64,000 nt of DNA from Raillietiella orientalis. Taxonomy: Eukaryota. Position numbers and translations under genes: made by a program. The notes beneath the pieces were generated by a model, which made no database searches, was not told the DNA's origin, and saw nothing but the letters and a program-made list of their open reading frames with translations. This document shows positions 48,901 to 61,700 of this stretch, piece after piece (positions within the stretch are counted from its first letter, which is position 1; every line of letters begins with the position of its first letter). Location: contig JAYWIR010000040.1 in assembly GCA_036172245.1 (NCBI GenBank), forward strand, positions 1,240,001 to 1,304,000. Reading direction: 5' to 3'.

Positions 48901-49924
48901 CTTGGAGAGCATAACATGTTGGTGGAAAACGTGTTTAGACACAATTCGTTCAGGACTGATCAGACCTGCAGCTCCGACGAAGAGAACCATGGAGTGACCA
49001 AAGGGTAGCTCCAGTATTAAATTCCACTATGGACCTACAGCTGGAAGAACATCCTTGCGCACTATGAGCAGTTGAATACCCTTACAGCATAACCATCCGA
49101 GGCACGAGTCATCTTTACAGAGAAGTGATCAAATTTCAAGAGTTTTCTTGATGACCCTTTGGCGATCCTGTGGTCCTATGGTGATCTTTCTAAACGGGTG
49201 TTAAACAGGCTGGAGATGAGTGCCCAAGAGACTGCTTGGTATCTGCTTGGACAACCTATGTCTAAGGCGATCAGAGAAGTGCCTTACATTCCGATGATTC
49301 GGCCTAACAAAGAATGGTAGAAGGAAGAGAAAAATAACCGAGGAGAACACGGAAGACGATGCAGCTGACACACAAGATGGAAACATCGTTCCGGAGGATG
49401 AGAAGAAAGAGGGTGGAGCAGGTGTTATGGAGGAGCACAATATCATCAACACGAGATTCGAAAATGGAAGATCATTCGTCACCATCATTATGAAGCTGCC
49501 TGGATGCAAAAGAGAGATCGTTCGAAGGCGAGGTGTTCGGCACGTTGGACTCCAATAAGTTTCTGCGAATCTTCGACGAGGACGAAGAGTGTGTCGTAAG
49601 CTGCCTAGAAAGCGACGCGATCCAGACGTCGGTAATGAGAGGGGGTCGGGGCGTCGTAGAAAAATCGCGCGCTGAGATGGACGAACGGAGAGCACGTGCA
49701 GAGCGAGAGCAGCTGGAGAAGAAGACTCGGACAAATTGCATCAGAATGACTCCGACGTGCAATCAGAGGCTCTCTGCTCCAGCTGCTGCTCGGAAGCGAA
49801 AGAATGCCTCGTCGAGCGAAGGATAAAGCGAGCCCGTTCGACCGGCGTTGCCGAAGTTACAAATCGGGTAAAAAGATCGACAGAACACGAAACCGCTTCA
49901 GATATTCTTCACCGGCCGGTCGTG

Positions 49925-50600
49925 GTCTGTCAGCCGGATTTTCCGGGGCATTTGTCGCCAAAAAAAATTATAATGAAAGTCGAATTTCTTGCAGTGCAGT
50001 GGTGGAACACGTGGTTCTACCACGCGCGGAAGACTTGCCAAAAACCGGTACGCAGACCGGTGAGGTATGCTCCAGCGGCGAAGGAGGAGGGAAAACCAAA
50101 AAAGAGAGAGAGAGAGAAGGAGGGAGGGGGAGGGCAGGGCAGGGAAGGAATCACTGGAGACTCCTGGAGACGTCCTCTGCATCCTGTCCAGGAAGCTGAC
50201 AAGTGCTGTTTTCACATTGCCCAGGTGGAGCCACCTCGATGCGGTCTTCAAAAAGATCTCCGTCCAGTGGATGGAGTCCCTGGTACTTTGACCTCCTTGT
50301 CGCGTTCCCGCATGTCACGATTCCGCAGAGGCAGCATCGAACTTCTAAGAACGTGGCTGGCGGCAGAGCGGCACGCACGAAGAAGCACCGAAAAATGTCC
50401 CTGGGCTGCCTACCGGGATTCCTGGGATCGTCGTCAGACGATCCCAAAGGGGTCGGAGGGTGACACAATTCATCAAAAGGTAAAGGAAGGTCTCTCTCTT
50501 GCCGCACCTTCGACAAAGGACATCCACACTCCCCCGTGTCCAATGATGGAGGCGTGCTCTGCACAGGATTCCCCAATACAACACCAGCAACACCATCTCC
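49925..50600 (-). mobile_element. Family B 3' end
   Basis: CRRCGKRETFLYLLMNCVTLRPLWDRL, plus the 3' UTR and terminal motif. Confidence 0.85.
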
Positions 50601-50609
50601 TGCCACTTT

Positions 50610-51325
50610 AGAGGGAGAGTGCCATTCTTCCGGCACGCTGGGGGCAACTTTACCTCCTCTGGAGGTATCGCGAGCAGCTCGCCCCAGCGATCATTGGATA
50701 CGGGGAAGAGTGGATGCCCGTTGTGAGAGGTGTGGCACCAAAGAGACTTTTCCTCACCTTCTGCTGGACTGTGCCGCCCTCCGACCCCTCTGGGATCGTC
50801 TGTCGACGTTCCTAGATATTCCTGAAGGCGATCCCAGGGACATTTTTAAGCGTCTCTTCGTTCGTTCCGATCTTCCGCCAGCCGCGTCCCTACCAGTTCT
50901 CTGCTGCATTTCCGGGATCGTGGTGGTCTGGAACGCAACAAGAGGCCAAAATTGAAGGGATAGCATCCACTGGACACGAATTTTTTCGAGGACCGCATCC
51001 ATTCGATGGCCCCTGGGCACTCTGAGAACGCAACTTGTTGCCTCCATATCCTGTCCAGGATATGGAGGACTTCTCCAAAAGAACAGTGATCCTTTCTTCT
51101 CCCTCTCCTCCCCAAGAAAAATCTCCCTCCTAATTTTTTCATCTTCGTGCTTCTTTTTGTTTGTGGTCTTCCCTTCCTCCTCGCCGAGGAAACGGACCTC
51201 GCCGTCTATTGACCGAAAAGTTGGAGTGACGCGCTGAACCAAGTGGTTCGCCACACGATAATAATAATTATTTACATTTTTTATCTTTATAATAAATGCC
51301 ACCGCAAACCCGGGTGATAAACACC
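50610..51325 (+). mobile_element. Family B 3' end
   Basis: CERCGTKETFPHLLLDCAALRPLWDRL (CxxC..H...C Zn finger); ends AATAAATGCC...CCGGGTGATAAAC. Confidence 0.88.
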
Positions 51326-51329
51326 CCTC

Positions 51330-52070
51330 GGGAGGAGGTGAAACGAGTCCCAGCGTTCTGGGACGGCGGCGTCCTCGTCCCCTCAAGCGGCAGGAGTTGG
51401 CGTTGCTGGTGCTACATGAGGAGCTCCCGTGCAAAGTACGCCTTTACCACTGGGCATGGAGGAGCGTGGACGCTCAGTGAGACAGTTGCGGAAAGACAGG
51501 GACCCCCCTGCACCTGCTGCTGGGCTCTACCGCCCTTCGGCCCCTCTGGGATCGCCTCTCGACGATCCTAGGTGTCCAAGCAGGAGGCCCCAGGGACAGC
51601 TTCAGATGCCTCTTCGCGCGTGCCGCTCTGCCGCCAGTCGCGTCTCTCTCAGTTCTCTGCTGTGCCCACGGAATTATGGCATCCTGGAACGCCAGAAGAA
51701 GAGGCAGAAATGGCAGGGATACCATCCACTGGACGCAGATCTTCCTGAAGACCGCCTCGAGATGGTCCCATCTGGGCAAGATCCGAGCACAACTTGTCAC
51801 TATCCTGGATACGATACAAAGGACGCCTCCTAGAGAAACGCGATTCCTTCCCCGTTCCCCAAAAACTTCTCCCCCCTTTTTCTGTTTTTTCGTTTTTGCG
51901 GGTTTCCCTTCCCCTTTGCTTCTGGAGCGGATCCCGCCGGCCTCCGTACCGGTGATCGGCAAGTCGGACGTACGTGGTAAACCAAATGTTTCACCACTTT
52001 GACCACTTGTATGTACTTTTATTATTTTAGTAATAATGAATGTCCCGAAAAAACCGGGTGAAAAACCACG
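51330..52070 (+). mobile_element. Family B 3' end
   Basis: HLLLGSTALRPLWDRL...GIMASWNARR; ends AATGTCCCG...CCGGGTGAAAAACC. Confidence 0.85.
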
Positions 52071-52119
52071 TGCTGAGGATCCATGCGACACGCAACTTGG
52101 AGTTCACTGCGGTGACACG

Positions 52120-52440
52120 GGAGATGGGGAGGGGAAAGGGGGGCGAAACAGAAAAATAAAATAAAATAAAAAAACTATTGAGGGAAAAAAATGCCTGAAG
52201 GGTTCGGGAAGGGCTCACGGTGTGTCCCGCGAGTCCTGTTCATCCTTTGCAGGATTCTGGCAAACTGGCTTCTCGAGCTTCGCAGGTGGGACCATCTCGC
52301 GGAGAACCTCGTAATGAGTTCCGCCCGCTTGATGGCACCTCTGTCGTGCTGGCCTCTCTTGGTAGCGTTCCAAGCCGCCATCACTCCGCGCAGGCAGCAA
52401 GCAGCTACTCAGCACGTGGCTGGTGGCACGACTCAAAAGA
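52120..52440 (-). mobile_element. Family B 3' fragment
   Basis: MAAWNATKRG...RWSHL...ARILQRMNRT. Confidence 0.8.
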
Positions 52441-52859
52441 GGCATCACTCATCACGTTATTTATAAGACAGTAAGCCCGAGGCTACCGGCCCGCCTACTT
52501 CATAAAGTAAGGTAGGCGGACTGGTATTCTTGGGTCAGGTGGGTCCTGGTCCCACCTGATCTTGAGGTGGCGTCTCTGAGGAGGCAGTCCCCTGGCTCCA
52601 TGTCCTTCGGTTTCCGAGAGACTACTCCTTCGGGACGGCAGCCTCCGTCGCCATGGGTACGGGCGATGGAGCTCTCTCTTCACTCCTTCCCTCGTGACCG
52701 GCGTTCGCCGGCATTTCTGCCACCGCTGACTCTCTGGCAGTGTGGAGCCCCTCGCAGGCACGGGCACGAAGTCGCTGGAGGAGGAAGACGACCAGCGCTT
52801 TCCTCGAGAGGCACAAGAAACGCGTCCGCAAGTTGACACGGCGGGCGCGCGGCCCGGAG

Positions 52860-54055
52860 CTGACAAGTAGACGATGGTGGAAGTGGAGAAGCTGCAAAAG
52901 AAAATCATCTGACGGGAGTCTAAGCTGCGGATAAGGCTCAATATGCTGTGTCGCTCACGAGAGAAAGGTTGGACCAGGATGAATTCGTTGCCCTGGGTCA
53001 TCGACCACGTGGATGCATGGCAACTCCTGGTTCTCGCCGCCGATTGGGAACAGTGGCCTTATGCAGCCCACAGGGCTCACTCGAGGTTGGTCAACCACTC
53101 GAGTGGCCCGATGTCGGCGCTCATAGGCAAACATGGAGGGCACCATCGACTCCACGTGGAAAAGGATGCAGGCAGTGATGGCCAAACACCACCTCAAGGT
53201 AGTACTTCGAAGCAAGGAGCTGTGGAAGGAAGAACTGGCCATGGTTATCCCGTACTTCGTGCCGGTACCCAGAGAGACCTCTAAGCGAATATTCCAGCGA
53301 ATAGCCATGACCATCCGCGGCTGCGAACAGTTTGCAGCCAGTGGCAACGTCCATGAGATGCGACTGTTTCGCTACGCGCAACTCATTAGAGGGAGATTCA
53401 TCTGCAAGACGAGAGAGCTTTGGAAGCATCAGAGATCCAACGCTTGGATCCTAGCATTCAAAGTCAACATCCGCGACGTAATGAAGGACAGTTATCTGGA
53501 AGAAGAAGACGTCCTCGCCAGAGATGCCAACCGCTAGGTGACCTGGATCCACCGGATGGTGAACCTGAAAGCAGTTGGAACCACAATCTCGAGAAGAGAC
53601 CTCCCACCAGCACTCAGGACGGCCTCCTCTGTTTTACCATGGAGGCATCCTGAGAGGGAGCAGGATAGTACACTGGACTGGCAACATCCAAGACGAGCTC
53701 TGCAAGGCGTGCGACATCAGGGAAACTCGGCTCCACATTTCCAGCTGCCCGACTCTGAGTCAGAATTGGACAACGCTGAAGGCGGCGACGGCCTGCGGCT
53801 GAAGACGGAGATGGAGATCTTGGCGGCATTGTTCGAAAAGGTGGGGAACTTTCTTCCTAGATACAATTCCTTGGTTATCATTACCCTCTTCATCACTGGC
53901 ATTGTGATAAGAAGTGGACCACCTGAGCGACAGTGCCTGTGATGAACATCATCCAAGGAGTGTTTAGGAGGGAAATAGGGGTCAGGAACTGCGGCAGGAC
54001 ACCCTCCTAGCGCTGTATCCCGAAGAGGATGGAGGATTCATTCCAACTAAGTGGA
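52860..54055 (+). mobile_element. Diverged family A-related 3' fragment
   Basis: EVEKLQKK, TIDSTWKR, LKVVLRSKELWKEE, FYHGGILRGSR and CKACDIRETRLHISSC match family A. Confidence 0.85.
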
Positions 54056-54119
54056 CTGCCCACAGGACCCTCGTTCTCTCCCTCCACCAACAGAGAAAGC
54101 TTTCCCAAGGTGAACACAG

Positions 54120-55606
54120 AAGGTGGGCACTTGGTAATTTGGAGTGGCATATTCAGGAACACTTCAAAGAACTTCCTCCGGATCGCCCTCTGGGGCAAAG
54201 AGAGGCCCCGAGTCCTCCTCAAGGACTTTTGTATTCCACTCTGGGCCGGCAGCCTAGGCCTCTTGATGCTGGAGAGAATGGATCTGCAGCTCCAGCTTCG
54301 GACACCCGTCCTCGTGTCAACCCTGTGGAGCACCACCTGGTGCCAACCCGCTTTGCGAGTGAACTTTTCTCGTCCAGCGAGCCACCGGCAGCGGGGACGC
54401 GTCCTTCCTCGCGCGCCGTCCACACAGTCTCATCCACGGTGGACTGCACCTGCGGCAGGTGGCCACGTTGGCCAGGAACAACGGGTGGATCTCGTGCCGC
54501 CCGCGAACGGTGGTGCCTGGCTGCAGGAAACCGTTCGCACGTGGCGAGGATCCTGGAGCCAAGCGCGGGGAACAGGTGAGACGTTTCCTGCACGCGCGTA
54601 ACCACCGCACGCTCTGGGAGATCCTGGAAGTTCCCGTAAAGAGTGCTTGGGCGAGCATAACCTCCCTCGCCTCCGCGATTCCCTCCCTTAGGCAAGAAAT
54701 GGACAGCAGCCTTACGGCTAGATGGGAGGTTACCGTGCAAATCTCCGAAAGGGAGAGAAGCACTGAGCGAGTGGACGACGACCAGCTCAGACGCTGCGAC
54801 CCCGTGTGCTCGACCTCGTGGACTTTCGCGCTGGGACGTTCTATTGAGTATTCCGGAAGGAGACCTGCAGTGGCCCCCGGTGCTCATGAATACCCGCACC
54901 CTCTTCTTATTTAAAGTGGCAGGAGTCGGCATTGATGCTGCTGCACTGGGGCCTCCCCTGCAACCCACGCCAGCATCATTGGACACAGGTGGGTGGATGG
55001 GTGGACCCAAACTAGGCAAGGTTTGGGGAGCGGAAATCCCTCCTGAACCTGCTGGTGGACTGGGTTGCCCTCTGGTCCCTTCGGGGACGCTTTACGGAGA
55101 CCCTTGGAACCCCCGGCGGCAATCCAGAGACGTGATGCGGCTCCTCTTTGTGCGGAGCGCCCTGCAGCCAACCGCATCCCTTGCAGCACTGTGCTGCCTT
55201 CGTGGGATCGTGGCGGCGTGGAGCGATGCCAGAGGAGGAACCAACAACGGAGACGCCATCCACTTTCCTCTTCGGCTTTTACGGATAGCGGTCAGATCTC
55301 CCTACCTGGATAATAACATGAAACAAGACCTTGCTGGCATCCTCCAAAGGATGCAGAGGACCTCCTCCAGCAGGCTGTGATCCCTTCCCGCACCCCCACC
55401 CCCATAATTGTTTTATTTTTGTTTTGTTTATTTTTCTTTTTGTTCGGTCCCTCTCCTCTGCTGCCGTGGTGGTCCTCACTGGTCCGCGAATCGGTAACAC
55501 GGCATCTTCAGAAAGGACGTGGTTGAACCACAGGTCCAACCACAAAAATTGCAAATGTTTTTTTCATTTCAAATGAATGCCCCGGCGAACCCGGGTGAAA
55601 AACCAG
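54120..55606 (+). mobile_element. Family B 5'-truncated copy (longest contiguous)
   Basis: FLRIALWGKERPRVLLKDFCIPLWAGSLGLL through LCCLRGIVAAWS, the 3' UTR and the terminal stem-loop. Confidence 0.88.
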
Positions 55607-57193
55607 TGCTGCACCTGAAGCCTGTAGGCCAACCAGAGTCGCCCTGCGGGAACCATGTGGCCGTCATCCTGCGCGCGAGTCATGTGGCTTGACAACGGAA
55701 AGTTTGTCTTGAGATTCTCTGAACAAGTTAATAGAAGAGCGAATCTAATCGCTCTTGAAACTCCAGAAGCAGCAAAGGTGAATTTGACCTCCTTCTGGGT
55801 AGTCAGGTGTCCTTCTCAAAGAGTCCTTCTTCGTGTTCGAATTGCGCTGGTAACTTTCGTGCGCGTTGAATTCCCAGGAACTGAAAAACCGCCAACCTCT
55901 CCCAGGTTGCCAAGGGCATCCGTCCGGTTAAAGCTCCTGTGAGATGATTTCACTCCGCTCATTCAAAATTTTGCCACCAGGGAGAAATCTGATGAAGAAC
56001 GAAGGGGCGAAGTCAGTAAAGTGCAAGGCAATCCAACCGCCTTCTCCCACAACAAGGAGACTCACGGGCGTGAGCGGGGGAAAGCTTGGGAAGGCAGCCC
56101 AAGTCTTCCATGGGAACTTTGAAACTTCCACCCCACCCCACACACCCTTCCATCTGTGGAGCGGGAAGACGTCTGTCCACGACTCGTGTTTACCAGCTGC
56201 CTGCCGTCCCTGTAATCGCGGAAAGGCTGTTTTCCGGGGTGCACGGCGGAGCGGGAAGCCTCCCCACAGAAGGTGTTCTTGCACTTGCGAACGAGACCAC
56301 CACCTTGCACTTCCGTTCACCTGGCAACATCCAGCCGGTCGTTTCTTCCATGCGCCATCTTATCACCAGGGATGATGGAAAATGGCAGATGCTGCGCTAC
56401 TCTTTCGCTCAGGTTCTGAATGTGATGTTTCCCCCTTTGCTTCGGGGGCGCAGAAACGAAAGTTGCCGTCGCCAACCACACGCCTAGCCTCCTTTGATCT
56501 GCCGCTTTATCGGGAGGCTGAGAAGCCTTCCACCCCAAGGAAGGAGTTGTTCTTTTCGCCCTCAATCCAAAGATCATGCAAAGTCCAGCTATAAGTCTGC
56601 AAGGTGTCCAACCCATGGAAGTGCCGAGTGTGGGATCGTTTCACATTCCCATAGCAGCTATTTCTGGATCCCGCGAAAAGCACAGTACGGGAGACTGCTG
56701 CTGAAGCAGAGGATTACATTTCTCCGGAAAAGCAGACAATAGGGAGGAATTTATCCGTCACTAGTAGTCCATTGACCCTATTCTCGTAAAGTTCTAAAGC
56801 ATTTGGTGAACGTGCAGAAGCAACTCCTCTCCCGAGCACGTCTGCTGATGATCTCAAAGCTACCCTCTAAAGGAAAGCAAGGGAAGCATTATTAATGAAT
56901 CATCTCCTTCCTAGATGTCAGCACGCGGTCGATTTGGCAGTTCAGAGGTCTGCCGATTCGGTTTCCTTTGCATTGTTTTCTTTCTTTTTTTCTGACTCCA
57001 AGCACAAAATCGAGGTAAGAAGACTTGAGAGAGAACCAGATGCACGGAATCGGATGAAAGAAAACGTCTGCTCCCAATAATGTTTTTTTTTTTTTTTTTT
57101 TTTTAATCATTGGGTGTGCATTCGAAAGGATAGTCGATAGCGTGTTCGTGGTGCCTCGTCTTGTTTTTCTCTAAGCTGGAGCTGCAAACAGGA

Positions 57194-58720
57194 AAGTACC
57201 TGGGAGTCCACATCGGCGACAACTCTGCGTCGAAGCTGCTGTGGACGGAAATCTTGGGGAAAACGTCAAAAGAAGCAGCGAAGTACACCCGACTGGACTT
57301 TCGCATGAAGCGAAAGGCCAACCTCTGGAATGGAGTACTCCTTCCAAAGGCACTCTTCGGAGCGGTCTTCGCGAGAATGAAGAAAAAGAACATCAGAGAA
57401 GTGGAAAAGCTGCAAAGAAAGACATCGCCCAGAGTTCGTTTGAAACCCCTGTGTCGTCCCAGAGAAGAGGACGGTTCCGTGATGAAGTCGCTTGCACACT
57501 CCATGGAAATCATGGATACGCGACATATCCTGGACATAGCCACTCACTAAGATGACTGGCCGTATGCGGCGCATAGGGCCTACGCGTTGCTGGTGAACAA
57601 CTCGAAGGGCCCGATGACTGCGCTGCTAGGCCGAGCAGGGCAGTGGAACACCATCGACCCAACCTGGAGGAGAAAGCAACGGCTAGTGCGCAAGCACAAC
57701 ATCAAGATCGTGCCGAGAAGCAGGGAACTCTGGCAGGAGGAATCCATCCTGGTGATCCCTTGGATGCTTCCGGTCCCTCCGGACACGAGAAGCTGGATCT
57801 ACCTGCGGCCCAGAGTTACCCTGCAAAGAATCCAGGAATGGCGACGAGGAGATACCTACATCACACTCGTATACTTCGGTATATGGAGATGATGCTAGGT
57901 AGGTTCACCCATAAGACCCTCGAAGTGTGGATAAACCACAACGACTTCTAGGGTGGTCTAGGGTAACCAACATGAACCTCCGGAAGATTATCAAGGACCA
58001 GGACCAAGACACTAGTGCCCTCCAAGAAGCCGCCGATCGCTACGGGAGTGACAGGATCAACCTGTTGGCGATCGGTACGAAGCTATGGAGGAGTGACCTT
58101 CCGCCGGGCATCCAGGACGACCTCCTGATGTTTTATCATGGAGGACTCCTGAGCGGGTCCAGGCTCAAGCACTTCACCGGAAGACGGGAAGATGAAGACT
58201 GCATGGCATGTGATCGATACGAGACTTCACGTCTTGACGTGTCCCACTTTGCTACGCGACTGGCTGATCCTGAAAAGGATCATAGGACTAAACAACAAGT
58301 CTGTGATGGAAATCCTCGCCGGGATGTTCCAGGGAAATGGTAATGTTCCCTGCTACAATCCCATGGTAAGAACGACCATCGCGCTCTTCATCACCGCCAT
58401 ACTTGTGCGGTGGTGGAAGATGAGGAAAGCCAGAAGAGCCGCACCCCCGATGGAGATCCTGCAAGGACTCATCAAGAGGGAGATCGGCATCAGGAACTGT
58501 GGAAGAATCTATGCCTGGACGTACCGATTCATCCTGAAGAGGGTTGAGGACGACTCCCGGAACCAAACATCCGTAAACCCACCCTGAGTGCAGAACTTGC
58601 GATACCCCAAGGACTTCAAAGTGGTAGTATAGTTCCAGTAATGTGAATGTGATTGTAGTATGAATGTGATGTCAAACTGGAAAAATAAATTTACCCCACC
58701 CCTTGTGGGACTTAGGGAAA
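57194..58720 (+). mobile_element. Family A 5'-truncated copy with intact 3' end
   Basis: Aligns at nucleotide level with 21390-22611 from KYLGVHIGD. It continues to the ORF2 stop (58587), AATAAA and a CCCAC..GTGGG hairpin. Confidence 0.93.
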
Positions 58721-61700
58721 ACTGCAAGCAGGAAAGCCGTGAATAGGAGCCCCTCTTGAGAAAAGCGAAAGAGGTCCGGTTAGCGCTGCAGTCCATCCGT
58801 TTTGCCGATGGCTGCTAAAGGGCAGCTGAACAACTTCCTGTCGTTCACCAGCTGGGATGTCTCTTTTCGAGGGAAGGCGACGGTGCAGACAGATGTGTTG
58901 TGGATGGCCTGAGGTAAATTCCTCCTCAACTCCGGGGAAAGGATTCTTCCCGCAGGGTGTAGAAGGGGGCATCGCTTCCGAGCTTGCGCCCATCACGTGC
59001 ACTGGGGCATGTGCCTGTCCCTACTACCATGCGCGCGAGTTCCTGGGGAGGGAAAAAGTACACTGACAAGCCTCCTGGGCAAAACCAGGCTGCCTTGAAA
59101 GGATGACCAAAGGTCTCATCTTGTTGGCTGTCAGTGGTCGAAGGGATTCTCTCCTTCTCAGTTGATTGCATCCTTCAGGAATCGAGAGGTTGTCAAGGTC
59201 AGAAGCTGGAGCAACGATACCGCCTGCCCATCGGTAGGATGCCCCTGCCTCCATTTCTGCGCGCAGATGCGGGCGATTTAGGCGTGCTCAAGGCGTTTTT
59301 TTTTTTAGTCCTCTAGGGTTTCCCTCAGGAGATCCTCACTTGCACACGGGCTGGCAAATGCAAAGCAGGAAGGGGACGAGGCGGGTGACGAAGCGCGTGC
59401 TGGGAAAACTGTGGGAGATGGCGCCACACCCAGGATGCGTCTTCCAGGTGGTTAGCTGGAGTTCGCGCTACCTGCCAGGTTACACGGGTACATGGTTGCT
59501 TGGTTTCGGGAGGGTGGCCTGAACGGGAATTCCAATGAAATCCGCTCGCCTTCCGATCGCGCTGGAGAGGTCGCCCGGCAACAGGAGATCAGAGGCGATG
59601 GCGACAGGAACGCGCTGCCTGTAGGAGGGAAGAAGCCGCATAGCATTGCTTGCTGTGCGCTGCCGCTGGTTCGGCGCTGCACGCCCGACAGCTGTGCTGC
59701 AGCAGTAGCCCTGGACGCTCATCGCAAAGAAGGCACCCCGAGCAGTATGTGAGGGGGCAGACATCGGGGTGCGACGGACAGCCTTTCTGTGCTCGGTGCT
59801 GGTGACCACCGTTCGGCACGAACCAGGCCCGCGCATCGTTCCATACCTTTCCGAGAATCCTTTCGTCCATGCTTAGTTTCTGCTCCTCAATGTCTTCCGG
59901 AAAGAAGCGTCCACCGAGGAACGAATGGCGCTTCTTTGCCCCATGGTCTTCCCCTATCTGGGCGTCTTTCGCATGTTTTCTCATTTTCCATTCATCACGA
60001 GCAGCATTTGAAAGCTGGGTCAAGAAAATAAAGTTTACTTCTTGGCGTTGTCGCACGTTAAAAGAAAAAAAAGAGAAAATCCAAAGCCACGGCTTCACCG
60101 AGGCGTTACATGAAGAAAACGCTCGTTAACGATGAGGCCACCATCATGCCAGTACAAGGGAGGATGGCGTGCTCAAGACGCATCAGAGCGGGCAAAAAAA
60201 AAAAAAATAGCAGAGTTTACATGACTACAAAAATAACTGCAACGTGTGTGCCATGAGTTTTCCTTCCGGAACAAGCCTGAGCGCCACTGTCCTCAGCAGC
60301 TTCTTGTCCACCACTTTCCGCATTGTTTTTATCTCCGTCTCCTCCTCGCTCACCTTCACTGTTACGGCGACCCGTTCGACTCATGCGCCGCCGGCGACCT
60401 CCCGCGTCCTCTTGAGATCCTTCCTCAGGTACCACCTCTGCACCTTCGTCTGTGCAACAGGGGATACGGCGATACGAAAAACGGTAGTCATGGAGACAGC
60501 AAACTGCCTCATCACTGGGATCCTTGTGCAGCAGCACCATCAGGGCCAGCTCCGTTCGCAGCTTCCTTGCCCTTCTCTCCTAATACAGCATCGAATCCTG
60601 GTTGCACGCCGTCTCCTTCAGTTCGCACAGACTCTTCCCTGGATGGCAGGCTGGTGCGCAAACACGTGTTTCTCTGTGTCATGCCTGCTGAAGAAGAACC
60701 CACATCCGCTCTTAAGATCGAACCATTGCGCCACCCTGGTCGCTCTGGCTGCGACGGCCCTGCTTTCCTTTACGAGCAGCCTTTGCTCGGTCAGGCAGCT
60801 GCTCTCCTACGAGTGGCCCACGATGCCAATGGGGGATAGAAGGGGCGTTGCTCCCACACGATCGCACTTCCTGCCCGACGATCGTAACCGACTCGGCATG
60901 GCGTCGAGCGCGATGCCGGGGTTTCGTTCCTGGAACGTGCATCACGAACAGCCGGGATGTTTTGTTTTGTTTCCTTCCTTTGCACGCATCTCTCTCGTTG
61001 CCACGCAGCCAGTCGAGTGCAGCCGCAGAGCAGGGAACCGGGAAAAACAACAGCAACAAGAACAAAACAAGAAAAAAAACGATCTGGTTTTGGCGAACGC
61101 CGATCTTGGCACCGCGAGCAGTCTCCTGCCTTTGCTGGAAGCCTCCTCGGGAGAGGATCAACACTGATGTGCCATCCGGCGCTGTAACCCTTTTTCGAAC
61201 CCTTGCAGGAGCCTCGCGGGGGCTCGAAAACATCGCGCGCCTCGCGCAAGGATCGAAAGCGCCTCCGGATGAAGGCGCTTCTTCGTATTCCGCACTTTAC
61301 GCTCCATCTCTCAAGCTGCCACGCCTTATCTCTTGCGTTCCGCGAAATGAACCTCTTCATCCGTCTTTTCCCGTTGCTGTTCCATTCAGAATTAAAAGCG
61401 GAGAATTTCTTGGACATTTTTGCTGCCTGAACGCCCTCGTCACGCTCTTCGAGTGCTCCTGAGAGCTCAAGAACGCTTCAGTGCTGAAATAGAAGAACCG
61501 TCGGGGTCTTAACTGAGGCTGCCGCGCGTGCTGCAGATCTCCCTCGATGGATGGATAAGAATCAAGAAGATGCGAAGGTGGCACCGGAATGTGAAAGCAG
61601 TCCAGATGAGAAACCCGAAAAGATCAGGCTAAAGATCGGAGAAGGAGGCGTTTCTTCTACGGCCGTGGTTGAGTCCCGTGGGCCGCCGTGCGCGGTCGCA

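Noticed and set aside
49736..50611. 291-aa plus-strand ORF
   Set aside because: Mostly antisense to a family B fragment.
60244..61167. 307-aa plus-strand ORF
   Set aside because: S/T/L-rich with no motif; looks like the antisense shadow of decayed minus-strand coding sequence.
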